From positions 1 through 64,000 of IMG/VR virus record IMGVR_UViG_3300032241_002083: 64,000 nucleotides of DNA. One strand, given 5' to 3'. Shown piece by piece: positions 29,788 through 39,782 of the stretch. Under the pieces are notes generated by a model. It was not told where the DNA came from, ran no database searches, and worked only from the letters and a program-made list of their open reading frames with translations. Position 1 is the first letter of the stretch. Every line of letters starts with the position of its first letter. Source of the DNA: a virus. A program made the translations under genes and the position numbers.

Positions 29788-30843
29788 TTATTTAAAACCT
29801 ATTTTGTTTTTAACTTTATTTAAGAAATTATTTTTTATAATATCAGAGTTATAAATATCAGTTAATGTATTTTGTCCTTCAACATATTCCCTACCGAGTT
29901 TTTTGGCTAATTTCTTAGCTTTTTCTTCTTCTAATGGTAAAAATTCATGAGAAGAAAGTAATCTTCCCCTTCTTAATAAAGCTTTGTCTATTTTATCAAT
30001 GTTGGTATTAAAAGTGCAAATAAATTGTGATTTTAAGGTTTGACCAAGTAATCCATCACTTAAATTAAGTAATGCTGAAATTGGCGAGTGTCCATCTATT
30101 TCTCTGCTTATAATAATTTTTTCAGCATCTTCAATTATAAAGACTGAATTGCTTTGACTCATTAGTAATTGTAAAAATTGTGGAGAATCCATCATTACCG
30201 CAACACTATTTGGAATATAGATAAGATTTTTATCTACTAAACTAGTAAGGCAAGAAATATATGAAGTTTTACCTGTGCCAGGAAGACCATAAAATAAATG
30301 CACTCCATTTTTATCAGAATTAAGTTCGTTGACTATTAATTCATGATTTTGCACTAAATCATCATTATAATTATCTACATCAAAATCATAACGAGTTAAT
30401 GGTGAATAATAAACTGTTAATCCATTAGAATTTTGAATTATTACACCAATTTCCTTTTTCTTTCTCTCTAATTTTAGAGAAAGTGATTCAAAATCTGATA
30501 TTAATTTTTTAGGATAATTAACATAAAAAATCATATAACTTGAAGAATCAGAATGATGGTCCTTATAAAGACGAACCATTATATCTTCAAAGAAGTAAAT
30601 ATAATTAATTTGAGAATTAGTATCATGAATATATTTTTTATGTCGTGGCAGATTCTTTTCTATAAACCTACATATCTTATCAATATCTGGGGTAGTTTCA
30701 TTATTATCTTGGTTTCTATAAGAATGTAAACTACATAATTTACCATATTCTGTAAAATATAATCTATAAAGATTATCATAAAAATAACCAAACCCATCAG
30801 AATAAATAGCGGGCGTTCCTTGAATTGAATGATTTTCTATCAT
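29788..30843 (-). CDS. AAA+ ATPase (BCS1-like)
   Basis: GLPGTGKT, IIEDAE, LLNLSDG, ICTFN, ALLRRGR. Confidence 0.9.
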   Translation of the reverse strand: MIENHSIQGTPAIYSDGFGYFYDNLYRLYFTEYGKLCSLHSYRNQDNNETTPDIDKICRFIEKNLPRHKKYIHDTNSQINYIYFFEDIMVRLYKDHHSDSSSYMIFYVNYPKKLISDFESLSLKLERKKKEIGVIIQNSNGLTVYYSPLTRYDFDVDNYNDDLVQNHELIVNELNSDKNGVHLFYGLPGTGKTSYISCLTSLVDKNLIYIPNSVAVMMDSPQFLQLLMSQSNSVFIIEDAEKIIISREIDGHSPISALLNLSDGLLGQTLKSQFICTFNTNIDKIDKALLRRGRLLSSHEFLPLEEEKAKKLAKKLGREYVEGQNTLTDIYNSDIIKNNFLNKVKNKIGFK

Positions 30844-31118
30844 TATTTAAATGTTATTTTAGTGCTACCGAAACCATATAAAGGATGATATTCGTTGACA
30901 CAATTGTCAACATGTGGATGACTCTTTGCTAAAAGATGAATTTCTTTTTTTAAAATTCCACTTCCTATACCGTGTATAATTATCAATTCAAATTCACCAT
31001 TTACTAATGCTTTATCTAATTCAGATTCAAATAAATCTAATTGCATTTGAAGTGCTTGGCGAGGATCAAAATCCTTTGATTGTGTTATATAACTTGGAAG
31101 ATGTAAATCAATTACCAT
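30843..31118 (-). CDS. stand-alone Smr/MutS2 C-terminal domain protein
   Basis: IDLH, IIHGIGSGILK, GFGST. Confidence 0.85.
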   Translation of the reverse strand: MVIDLHLPSYITQSKDFDPRQALQMQLDLFESELDKALVNGEFELIIIHGIGSGILKKEIHLLAKSHPHVDNCVNEYHPLYGFGSTKITFK

Positions 31119-31332
31119 ATTTTCTTTTTAAGAAGTAATAAATATGTATTGATACTACTGAAAAATTGACAAGTGTAATAGGAATATCTGCTTTACAAAT
31201 ACCATAAACTATCCACAAAACACATGCGATAGAGCTAACTATGCGTAGTTTTAGAATATCTTTGAATGTAAAAGATAATATAGTAGTTATTGTGGCAAGA
31301 TATCCTATTGCATCTATCATTACGCTAAACAC
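31108..31332 (-). CDS. YgjV-like small membrane protein
   Basis: IGYLAT...SF...KLR...WIVYG...P...N. Confidence 0.65.
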   Translation of the reverse strand: MFSVMIDAIGYLATITTILSFTFKDILKLRIVSSIACVLWIVYGICKADIPITLVNFSVVSIHIYYFLKRKYGN

Positions 31333-31760
31333 TTTTTAGCAATATCAGAAATAGTTTTACCGTCTGCTTTACCAATTAATTTTTTAGAAACTAAACCGAT
31401 AACTTTGCCCATTTCTTTAATAGAAGTAGCATTAACTTCCGCAATAGCCGCCTTAACTTCGGCTTCAATTTCAGATTCAGACATTTGTTTTGGTAAAAAT
31501 TTTTCAATTACAGAAATTTCAAACATTTCTTTTTCAGCCAATTCATTTCTACCGTTTTGTGCGAAAATAGCAGCCGATTCTTGCCGCTGTTTGACCATAC
31601 GTTGTAATTCTTTAAGACGGATATCTTCCGTAACTTCTTTACCAGAAGTGTTAAGTGTTAAAAATGATGCTTTAATACCTCTTAAAGCATTAAGAGTTTC
31701 AGAATCTTTTGCTTTCATGGCTTCCTTCATGGATTCCATGACTTTTGTTTCGAGTGTCAT
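31320..31760 (-). CDS. yqeY: GatB/YqeY-domain protein
   Basis: MKEAMKAKD..LNALR.IK, KQRQES..F...GR.EL, FLPKQMSE, MGKVIG...GKADG. Confidence 0.9.
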   Translation of the reverse strand: MTLETKVMESMKEAMKAKDSETLNALRGIKASFLTLNTSGKEVTEDIRLKELQRMVKQRQESAAIFAQNGRNELAEKEMFEISVIEKFLPKQMSESEIEAEVKAAIAEVNATSIKEMGKVIGLVSKKLIGKADGKTISDIAKKCLA

Positions 31761-31764
31761 ATTA

Positions 31765-32271
31765 CTAGTTTTTAATTAATTCAATTAAATTTAAAAAACG
31801 ATGAAATGATTTTTCTTTAATTTCATCCGCTGTTAAAAATCCAGCCCAATCAACTTCTTCTATTTGAAGCTGATCTTTCGGAACTATTTCAGAAGTTAAA
31901 CCAATTTCTGATAAATCATTTATTTTAACAATAAAAAGATAAACTATTTTATGTATAGTTTTCTTTTTCGAAAAATACAAAACCTCTATTGGAGTTTCAA
32001 TATTTAATATTTTATTTTTCGAAATGGAAATTCCAATTTCCTCTTTTGTTTCTCTTATAGCTGCATCAATAAAAGATTCTCCTTCATCAACACCACCTTT
32101 TGCTGGTGAATATGAGCCAAACCAAGAACCGTTTGTTGGATGACAAAATAATATTTTATTCTTGTAAAGAATACAAGTACCAGCAGAGATTTTCATTTTC
32201 TTTTTCTTTGATTCAAAGATACGAAAATTATTTGATAATTCAAAATCTAAACTTATATTATTTTTTTTCAA
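31765..32271 (-). CDS. NUDIX hydrolase
   Basis: KGGVDEGESFIDAAIRETKEEIG; start may be MKISAG at 32196 after TATCTTTG at 32214. Confidence 0.9.
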   Translation of the reverse strand: MKKNNISLDFELSNNFRIFESKKKKMKISAGTCILYKNKILFCHPTNGSWFGSYSPAKGGVDEGESFIDAAIRETKEEIGISISKNKILNIETPIEVLYFSKKKTIHKIVYLFIVKINDLSEIGLTSEIVPKDQLQIEEVDWAGFLTADEIKEKSFHRFLNLIELIKN

Positions 32272-33172
32272 CTTTCTTTTTCTTTCTTTTTTCTAAAATT
32301 TCTTCTCTGGAAATTATAAAATTATTTTTTTGATTTTTATTTTCATTTGAATAAGGAATAACATTTTGAATTCTTTGTTCGGATAAAGTCACATAAATTT
32401 CATTTATATCAATTCCTATAAAATTTCTATTATTCATTTTAGCCATTTTAAGCGTTGTTCCAGAACCACACATAGGGTCTAAAATTACATCTCCTTCGTT
32501 GCTCCAACTTAAAATATGATCTTCTGCTAAAGATTCTGGAAAACTTGCTGGATGATAGTAAGATAATTTATCACCACCAAAACCTTTTCCATTTACAATA
32601 TACCAAACATTATATCTTGTTCCATATTCACCAACGGTAAATCCTTCTTTCATTTGTTTAATTGAACCGTCTTTTTGACGTGTAGAAGGTGTGCCAAATG
32701 TTTTTGATCCAGCCCATTTATTTGGCTTATCTTTAATTAGATTAACAATATTAGGACGTTTACCTTTTAAAAAAATAAACATGTATTCAAATACTTGATC
32801 ATATCTACCTGTTTCATGATAAGCGGCGCCATTTTTATGATAAATCATAGTATCATAAATTTTAAATCCAATTTCTTGGAATTTAAGTGCTTGTCGAAAA
32901 GAAGTGCCTGTTTCGCCACCATCAATAACTTGATCATTGACAACCCAAACAACTATACCACCCTCTTTTGTAATTCGGTATAATTCTTGTGCCATTTCCA
33001 CAAATGGAAATGAATAATAATCATCAAAAATTTTGTCAGTAATTTTATTATTATAGGATCTTAATGTGTCATAAGGAGGAGAAGTAACCGTTAAATCTAT
33101 TGAATTATCGGGTATATTTTTCATTATATCAACACTATTGCCGTGTAAAACTTTATTTAAAAATCTATTCAT
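32258..33172 (-). CDS. N4-cytosine/N6-adenine DNA methyltransferase, beta class (orphan)
   Basis: VTSPPY (motif IV) precedes HPASFP and LDPMCGSGTT (motif I). Confidence 0.9.
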   Translation of the reverse strand: MNRFLNKVLHGNSVDIMKNIPDNSIDLTVTSPPYDTLRSYNNKITDKIFDDYYSFPFVEMAQELYRITKEGGIVVWVVNDQVIDGGETGTSFRQALKFQEIGFKIYDTMIYHKNGAAYHETGRYDQVFEYMFIFLKGKRPNIVNLIKDKPNKWAGSKTFGTPSTRQKDGSIKQMKEGFTVGEYGTRYNVWYIVNGKGFGGDKLSYYHPASFPESLAEDHILSWSNEGDVILDPMCGSGTTLKMAKMNNRNFIGIDINEIYVTLSEQRIQNVIPYSNENKNQKNNFIISREEILEKRKKKKVEKK

Positions 33173-33194
33173 ATGTGTTATATGACAGATTGAT

Positions 33195-33677
33195 TTAAAG
33201 TTTTTTATACCAAAAATGAATATGACGTATAAATTTAAACGAGGGTTTTACTAATTTTGTTTTCATACCAAAAGGTCTTTCAAATATAATTGGTTGAAAA
33301 TCATTATTTAATTCAAATAAGTCTATGCATTTTTTATTAATAAATTCAAATACTTCTTTTTGAGAAGTATTTTCTTTTATCCAAATAATATATTGCTCTA
33401 CATCATTTGGAAGCATATATGGAAATTGATTTTTTAAAAAAAGACAATTAGAATTATCAAATTTAATAGTTTCTAAAAGTTGATTTTTATCAAAGGAATG
33501 GTAGTATTTTTGCATTTCATCTGATTTAATCGGAACTAATCGTAAATCTCTAATTAATTCTCTTACTTTTAGTAAATCATCAAATGATTTAAAATCTTCT
33601 ATAAAAATAAGATATGGTTTATCTAATTCTTCTTTTATAAGAATATTTTGTGATGTTAATAATTTTTCAGTGAGCAT
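33195..33677 (-). CDS. DUF3605/HIT-like protein
   Basis: NQFPY...YIIW and S..FIRHIHF. Confidence 0.45.
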   Translation of the reverse strand: MLTEKLLTSQNILIKEELDKPYLIFIEDFKSFDDLLKVRELIRDLRLVPIKSDEMQKYYHSFDKNQLLETIKFDNSNCLFLKNQFPYMLPNDVEQYIIWIKENTSQKEVFEFINKKCIDLFELNNDFQPIIFERPFGMKTKLVKPSFKFIRHIHFWYKKL

Positions 33678-34010
33678 TTAGTCTAATTTAATAATAACAA
33701 AATGAAAATCTTTCCAATCACCTTTTGTTTTTAGAATACCACGAAATGGATCTTTCCATGTCTTATAATATTTATTACCTTTTTCTAATAAGAAATTTAG
33801 AAATGATTGTGCTTCTTCTTTTGTTTTCCAAATTTTTATATAATCTCTATTATCATACCAATTGATGAATTTTATATCATCGTTAAATCCTATAAAATTT
33901 GATTTTTCAGTAAGATTTGGATTGAAATTTTCATCAAGTATTTGGGATATTTTAAGATCCCTTAATTCGGCTATCTTTTCCACTACATAAATAACCCATT
34001 TTTCTTGCAT
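33678..34010 (-). CDS. hypothetical protein carrying LRDLKISQIL motif
   Basis: ORF track. Confidence 0.6.
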   Translation of the reverse strand: MQEKWVIYVVEKIAELRDLKISQILDENFNPNLTEKSNFIGFNDDIKFINWYDNRDYIKIWKTKEEAQSFLNFLLEKGNKYYKTWKDPFRGILKTKGDWKDFHFVIIKLD

Positions 34011-34013
34011 TAA

Positions 34014-34060
34014 TAAAACTATATTTATATGTTATATAACAACCTATAAATATAGTTTTA
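34014..34060. repeat. 16-bp perfect inverted repeat enclosing palindrome TGTTATATAACA
   Basis: taaaactatatttata (34014-34029) / tataaatatagtttta (34045-34060). Confidence 0.8.
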
Positions 34061-34062
34061 AT

Positions 34063-34335
34063 TTAATCCGATAATATGTCATCTATTCTGCTATCTCGCT
34101 GTTTTGCTAATAGATAATCATGATAAATAGTATCCTTTGTAACAGCTATTTCATATATTTTTTGAAATACTTCTTCATGATTATGAAAATCTTCTTGCCA
34201 TAATTCTTCCTAATCATTTACTTTTGAAAAAATTGTGATACTATCCTTATCAAGATAACAAAACTTTGTATGATATTTTTTTGGATAATTATCCTTCAAA
34301 TGTTGATAAATTAATTCAATATAAAAATATTCCAT
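34063..34335 (-). pseudogene. 90-codon ORF with one in-frame TAG (34210-34212), ending QRDSRIDDILSD*
   Basis: Manual translation; ATG overlaps the aspS stop (TAATG). Confidence 0.6.
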
Positions 34336-35885
34336 TAGTGTATAAACTTTTCTTTGGTCCTTGGAATTAGAGATGCTTCATCTGCTGTTTGTAAATTAAG
34401 AATGCATTTTAAAAGTCTTTCTAAACCAATTCCAAAGCCTCCATGTGGAGGCATACCATATTTAAATGGCATTAAATAGCTTTCAAAATTATCTGGATTT
34501 AATCCTTTACTTTTGATTGATTCGACTAATTGATTATAATTATTAATGCGCATTCCCCCACTTGTAATCTCTGTACCTTTGTATATTAAATCAAAACTTT
34601 CTGTTAGAAATTCTTTACCTTCATTTAAGATAGTTTCATTAGAAGGCATAGTATAAAATGGTTTTTCATTTAATGGATAGCCATATATAAAAACAAAATC
34701 AGAATTATATTTAGCCTTTGTATAATCACCAATCCATTTTTCAATCTCGGAATTAATACCATTACTATACATATGAGCATATAATCTAAATTCGCCAGAT
34801 TCTTCAAGAATTGAAAATAATTGATTATATGAAATTCGTGGAATATTTGGTAAAATAATTCCCGGAGTTGAATTAAAGTATAAATACTTATCGTTTTGTG
34901 GTTTAAAATCAATATTTAAATACTTCAATTCTTTCGAGCAATTTTCATAAATCCTATAAAAAATAAAATTTAAAATTTCTTCTTCAATATCCATTATATC
35001 AAAAACAGAATCAATAAATCCCATTTCTAAGTCAAGACCAATAAATTCAGAAAGATGTTTATTTGTATTAGAGCCTTCGGCACGATAAACTTTGCCTACT
35101 TCAAATACTCTTTCAAATACACCAACCATAGTTTGTTTATAAAATTGTGGTGATTGTGTTAGATACATTGGTGTTCCAAAATAGTCAACTGTAAACATAT
35201 CAGCACCGCCTTCTAACCCAGCAGCAGATATTTTTGTTGATTGTATTTCGGTAAATCCTTTCTTATTGAGAAAGTCTCTAAAAGAAGATATAACTTCGGC
35301 TTGTATTTTAAATATACATCTTTCTTTTTCTTTTCTCAAAGTTAAAGGCCGATACAAATTTAAAGTATTAAATGGTGGTATGTCTTCTTCTCTTGAAATT
35401 GGGAATGGTAAAACTTCAGATTCTGAAATTATATTTAAATTTTGTGCAAAAATTTCCAAAGAAAAATTATTAGATTGATTTGTTTCTTTGACTTCACCAA
35501 CTATTTCAACAACACTTTCAACTAACAAAGAACGACATAAATCTTTTGGAACTATAACTTGGCAATAACCAGACATATCCCTTAAAATAAGGAATGACAT
35601 TTTTTTAAGATCTCGCCATTGTGAAACCCAGCCTTTTATTAAGACTTTATCACCTATTTTTTGATTTAATTCAGAAATAAGTGTCCTTACTTTTGGATTA
35701 TCATCATTCCAAGGTTCCACGATAACTTCTTCTGGCTCATAATTTTTAGAATTAATTGTCCAGTATAAAGTTATTTTTTCGTTACCTATGTGATAAATTT
35801 CATGATATATATGTAAGGAATTACCAATTTCAATAGGTTTGAAATTTCTAGTTAATTCAAAATAATAATTGTCTGTAGTTGTCAT
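34335..35885 (-). CDS. aspS: aspartyl-tRNA synthetase, short archaeal/non-discriminating-like type
   Basis: OB fold (GWV...FLILRD.SG..Q), EGGADMF, YLTQSPQFYKQ, YRAE, EITSGG.R, PPHGGFGIGLER; no GAD insertion; about 60-aa N-terminal extension. Confidence 0.9.
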   Translation of the reverse strand: MTTTDNYYFELTRNFKPIEIGNSLHIYHEIYHIGNEKITLYWTINSKNYEPEEVIVEPWNDDNPKVRTLISELNQKIGDKVLIKGWVSQWRDLKKMSFLILRDMSGYCQVIVPKDLCRSLLVESVVEIVGEVKETNQSNNFSLEIFAQNLNIISESEVLPFPISREEDIPPFNTLNLYRPLTLRKEKERCIFKIQAEVISSFRDFLNKKGFTEIQSTKISAAGLEGGADMFTVDYFGTPMYLTQSPQFYKQTMVGVFERVFEVGKVYRAEGSNTNKHLSEFIGLDLEMGFIDSVFDIMDIEEEILNFIFYRIYENCSKELKYLNIDFKPQNDKYLYFNSTPGIILPNIPRISYNQLFSILEESGEFRLYAHMYSNGINSEIEKWIGDYTKAKYNSDFVFIYGYPLNEKPFYTMPSNETILNEGKEFLTESFDLIYKGTEITSGGMRINNYNQLVESIKSKGLNPDNFESYLMPFKYGMPPHGGFGIGLERLLKCILNLQTADEASLIPRTKEKFIH

Positions 35886-35894
35886 TGTTATTTT

Positions 35895-36365
35895 TTAAGC
35901 GGTAATATTTAATACCTCTAATTCAAGTTCGCCAGCAGGAGTATTGACTTTTACAACATCACCTATAACCTTACCAATTAAGGCTTGCGCAACTGGACTA
36001 TTAACGGATATTTTTCCTTCTTTAATATTCGTTTCTAAATGTGGAACTATTGTATAAGAAATTTCTTTATTTAATTTCTTATTTTTAAGATTAACCGTAG
36101 TTAATATTTGAACTGAATCAGTTTGAATAAATTCGTGGTTAATAACCACAGAATTAAGAAGTATTTCTTGTAATTTTTGTATTCTATCGTTTACAGAATC
36201 ATATTTTTCTTTGGCCGCATCATATTCAGCATTTTCAGAAAGATCACCTTTATCACGAGCTTCTGCAATATCTTCAATACATTCACGAACCTCAACAGTC
36301 TTTAAATGATTAATTTCGAAATGTAATTTCTCCATTCCTTCTTTTGTTAAAAATGTTTTAGACAT
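35895..36365 (-). CDS. greA: transcription elongation factor GreA
   Basis: EARDKGDLSENAEYDAAKE, ISVNSPVAQALIGK. Confidence 0.95.
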   Translation of the reverse strand: MSKTFLTKEGMEKLHFEINHLKTVEVRECIEDIAEARDKGDLSENAEYDAAKEKYDSVNDRIQKLQEILLNSVVINHEFIQTDSVQILTTVNLKNKKLNKEISYTIVPHLETNIKEGKISVNSPVAQALIGKVIGDVVKVNTPAGELELEVLNITA

Positions 36366-36368
36366 AAT

Positions 36369-36584
36369 TTAATTTTTATTTAATTCTAATGTTTCGCACC
36401 ATTTTTTTGCAGTTTCTATATCAGAAAAATACCATTTGTCTTTCTGATTATCATATATTCTTAAAAGAAATTTATTATCTCCTTTAGATTTAGATATGAT
36501 ATATTGTGTATTTTGCGAAACTCCAACCATTTGGAAGAAACTACCATATTCGCTATTACTTTTCCAATCTATTATTGTTTTCAT
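36369..36584 (-). CDS. hypothetical protein
   Basis: ORF track. Confidence 0.6.
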   Translation of the reverse strand: MKTIIDWKSNSEYGSFFQMVGVSQNTQYIISKSKGDNKFLLRIYDNQKDKWYFSDIETAKKWCETLELNKN

Positions 36585-36591
36585 AGCATGT

Positions 36592-36652
36592 TATATAAGC
36601 ATTAACTTAAAAGTTGAGTTTTTGCTCAAAAATTTAAGTTAATGCTTATATA
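36592..36652. repeat. 20-bp perfect inverted repeat with inner TTGAG/CTCAA stem
   Basis: tatataagcattaacttaaa (36592-36611) / tttaagttaatgcttatata (36633-36652). Confidence 0.8.
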
Positions 36653-36723
36653 TATTGAAACTTGACGAAGATCGGCAACATCATGATATATATAATACTA
36701 CTATTAATATATACTATACATAG

Positions 36724-37032
36724 TTATTTTCTCAATGGTAAGTATTCTATTCTTTTGACTTCTGTTGGAAATACTTCTTCGTAATCTTGTCCAGAGAAGT
36801 CAGTTCCTTCATAAGAAGAGTAATAACCGTCAAGTCTTATATAGACATCGTGATCGACAAAATGTTTTACTGTATACCATTCGGAACCCTGATCTTCACC
36901 GCCGTATGAGTCTACTTCTTTAACTTTACCAAGTCCGAGACCTTCAAAGTCGATATCATCGTAACCGAAATCTTGTATTTTGCAATTTTCATTAAGAATT
37001 TCTTTAATCTGTTCGAATGTTAATTTTTCCAT
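36724..37032 (-). CDS. hypothetical protein, tandem paralog 2 (VDSYGGEDQG motif)
   Basis: Clear similarity to 37062-37388. Confidence 0.75.
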   Translation of the reverse strand: MEKLTFEQIKEILNENCKIQDFGYDDIDFEGLGLGKVKEVDSYGGEDQGSEWYTVKHFVDHDVYIRLDGYYSSYEGTDFSGQDYEEVFPTEVKRIEYLPLRK

Positions 37033-37061
37033 TTTTATTTGTTTTTAATTATATAATTTAA

Positions 37062-37388
37062 TTATTGTATAATAGGTAAGTATTCTATTTTTTTTACTTC
37101 TGTTGGATATACTTGAAGAAATTTAGAACCTTCAAAATCAATGCCATCATAAGAAGTGTAATAAGCATCTATTCTTATATAAACATCATGATCTGTAAAA
37201 TTCCACACAACATACCAGTCTGTTCCTTGATCTTCACCACCGTAGGAATCTACTTTTTTACAAGGACCAAGTTCATCAATAGTCCAATTATTTTTATACC
37301 CACCGCCAAAATAGCCACGAGCAAAATCTTCAACAGATATATTTAGTTGCTTTAATTTTTCTATAATTTGATTAAATGTCAATTGCAT
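37062..37388 (-). CDS. hypothetical protein, tandem paralog 1 (VDSYGGEDQG motif)
   Basis: Shared WY.V..F.DHDVYIR.D.YY.SY.G.DF and V.PTEVK.IEYLP. Confidence 0.75.
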   Translation of the reverse strand: MQLTFNQIIEKLKQLNISVEDFARGYFGGGYKNNWTIDELGPCKKVDSYGGEDQGTDWYVVWNFTDHDVYIRIDAYYTSYDGIDFEGSKFLQVYPTEVKKIEYLPIIQ

Positions 37389-38157
37389 TTTTTAGTTTTT
37401 TGTCTGTTTTTTTATGCCATTTATCGTCATGTTTCATATGTTCCTGAATTATTTCTACATAATTGATAGGACATTTTTGTATGATTCTATAATTTTCGAT
37501 TATAAAAAGTGCTTGCCACATAGGAGCATGATTCATGATGAATTTTTTTAGCATCCAATTATATGCAACACGATAATCACGATTAAAAAGTCTTTCAAAT
37601 GCCATTACATAAACTTCTTCTCTGGTTAAAGAGATTTTTTCTTCAAAAGAAAGTTTATTAAACTTTTCCTCACTAACATCAACATCAGCTCCATCTTTTA
37701 AGACTTTAAAATAAGTTGGAGTTGGAGTTATATAAGTATGTAAGACATCATGATCGTATTTAGTTAACGCATTATCAAAAAAATCATCACCAGTCATAGA
37801 TAAATCAGAGCGATGATTTTTACCATGTATTTGATTCCAATAATCATATAATTCATAAAATAATGGTTTTATTAATTTGGCTCCATGCTCTTTTAAAAAT
37901 ACAATGTCGAACATATGTTTTGACCAAAAAATATCCCAAAATATATGACTTACTTTTAAGGTAAAAAGAACGTCAGCATTAATACCATTTTTTGAAATGT
38001 AGTTATATAATGGTTGATTAACATGATATTCTTCTATTAAACCTTCTTGTCTTAAAGTAGGTTGTTTGGTTTGAACCAAGTAATCAAAATCTTTTGGTTC
38101 TCTTGAAAAGTCCGGGAAAATATTTTTGATTGCTTGACTACCTATTAAGTATTTCAT
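37372..38157 (-). CDS. putative phage nucleotidyltransferase-fold protein
   Basis: LIGSQA...PKDFDYL (GS/DxD); HD in YDHDVLH. Confidence 0.55.
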   Translation of the reverse strand: MKYLIGSQAIKNIFPDFSREPKDFDYLVQTKQPTLRQEGLIEEYHVNQPLYNYISKNGINADVLFTLKVSHIFWDIFWSKHMFDIVFLKEHGAKLIKPLFYELYDYWNQIHGKNHRSDLSMTGDDFFDNALTKYDHDVLHTYITPTPTYFKVLKDGADVDVSEEKFNKLSFEEKISLTREEVYVMAFERLFNRDYRVAYNWMLKKFIMNHAPMWQALFIIENYRIIQKCPINYVEIIQEHMKHDDKWHKKTDKKLKNAIDI

Positions 38158-38330
38158 ATTTGAATATTATAAAGCAAAGATACGAAGAAATTTTTAAAAA
38201 GCAAAAATTTTGTTAAAATTATTGTATATTATAAGTTTTAATAAAAAAAGAAAAATTACGAGAATTTATTTTTATTTTTACTGTTTTATTTAATATCACA
38301 AATTATATATTAAATAACCAGTTTCGACAT

Positions 38331-38936
38331 CTAAACTTTATAAGTTTTTTTAAATACATCTTCTATTGCTTCTTCTCCTTCTTTCGTTAGTTTTCTTGTT
38401 CCTATTCCGGCAAAATTTTTTGATTGAATGATTGGTATTTCTTTCATTTCGATAAATTTATCTATTATATAAGACCATTTAAACCATTTATTTTTTATCA
38501 AGTCATAAACATAGACAGTTTTCGTATTCTGTATGGACATAGCAACTGCCCAACCAGTGCCACCAGAAACTATTCCATTAGAATAGGATTTTATTATACC
38601 AATAGCAAAGATTTCTTCTGAATATTTAACTTGTGCCCAATTACGAGCCAATAAATTCATATGCTTAACTATATTTTTTCGTCCTAAAACTTTATTGGCT
38701 TTTTTAATTTTTTCAATACCTTCTTCAAAATCTTCTTTTGATACTTCAATTTTATTAGAAGATTTATGATATTTTGTTTTATATGACCAAGCTTTTACTT
38801 TTAAGCCATATAAAGTTGAAAACATTTCCCATATAGTATCAGCACCTTCGGCTCCGCCACTATGACAAGTAGTTTCTTCTGGTTTATAACTAAATACTTT
38901 ACACATTAGAAATGATTTAAAATTTCGGTTAAACAA
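38331..38936 (-). CDS. SLOG-superfamily (YpsA/MoCo-carrier-like) protein
   Basis: HSGGAEGAD, LARN, SGGTGWAV, AGIGTR. Confidence 0.7.
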   Translation of the reverse strand: MFNRNFKSFLMCKVFSYKPEETTCHSGGAEGADTIWEMFSTLYGLKVKAWSYKTKYHKSSNKIEVSKEDFEEGIEKIKKANKVLGRKNIVKHMNLLARNWAQVKYSEEIFAIGIIKSYSNGIVSGGTGWAVAMSIQNTKTVYVYDLIKNKWFKWSYIIDKFIEMKEIPIIQSKNFAGIGTRKLTKEGEEAIEDVFKKTYKV

Positions 38937-39097
38937 TCTTTACAAATTATAGCCACATCATCGCAAACTAGACTTATTGATGCACATTTTTTCATCTCAT
39001 CACAACCATCACATAATCTTGATTCTTCTGGAATAAAGATTAAAGAAACTTTTTTAATTTCTTTACCATTTTTAATTATCTTAGCGTCTGTAATCAT
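38906..39097 (-). CDS. small zinc-finger protein
   Basis: CDGCD...ICKDC. Confidence 0.6.
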   Translation of the reverse strand: MITDAKIIKNGKEIKKVSLIFIPEESRLCDGCDEMKKCASISLVCDDVAIICKDCLTEILNHF

Positions 39098-39099
39098 AT

Positions 39100-39687
39100 C
39101 TATTGTGGATTTTTAACTACATGATGATCCAATTCAGAAATTTCTTTTTTAGACATTATATCTATAATTTCTGTGATTGAAAAAGGACGATACTTACCAA
39201 GTAATCTATAAGCCGTATCTATACCAACATCAATAGATTTTCCAAAATCTGGTATAGAATCGTGACTATGACCGTATAGATGGATAGTTCCGTGATGAGA
39301 ACTAGGCCATACTCTATGAGAATAATGAGATAAGAAGAAATTTTGCCCATTTATAGTAAAGAAATCAACATCTTTACAAGATGTGAATAACTTTTGGTAT
39401 TCTTCGTTAAATCTTATTTCGTCATCATGATTTCCATAGAAAAAATTAATGTTTTGGCAATTAATTTTCCATCTTAATTCTGGTATTTTTGTTGGATCAC
39501 CAAAAGCAAAATCGCCTAGAAAATTGAGTGTATCATCATATTTTACATACTCATTTATATTATTTATGATAGTATCATTCATTTCAGGTATAGAGTTAAA
39601 ATCTCTATAACCTGATTTCCAACGGGATATTTTTGGACCTGTAATATTGCGATGGTTGAAATGCGTGTCTGAAGTAAAGTATATCAT
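39100..39687 (-). CDS. calcineurin-like metallophosphoesterase
   Basis: SDTHFNH, LGD, GNHD, HLYGHSH, DVGID. Confidence 0.9.
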   Translation of the reverse strand: MIYFTSDTHFNHRNITGPKISRWKSGYRDFNSIPEMNDTIINNINEYVKYDDTLNFLGDFAFGDPTKIPELRWKINCQNINFFYGNHDDEIRFNEEYQKLFTSCKDVDFFTINGQNFFLSHYSHRVWPSSHHGTIHLYGHSHDSIPDFGKSIDVGIDTAYRLLGKYRPFSITEIIDIMSKKEISELDHHVVKNPQ

Positions 39688-39782
39688 TGTGTTTCTCTGA
39701 TGTTAAACAATTTTAACAAAAATACAAAGTTTTTTACTGACAGACAAATATGTTTTTAATATATAAAATAAAAATAAATATT

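Noticed and set aside
32258-33172. Restriction-modification system
   Set aside because: No adjacent restriction endonuclease; orphan methyltransferases are common in phages.
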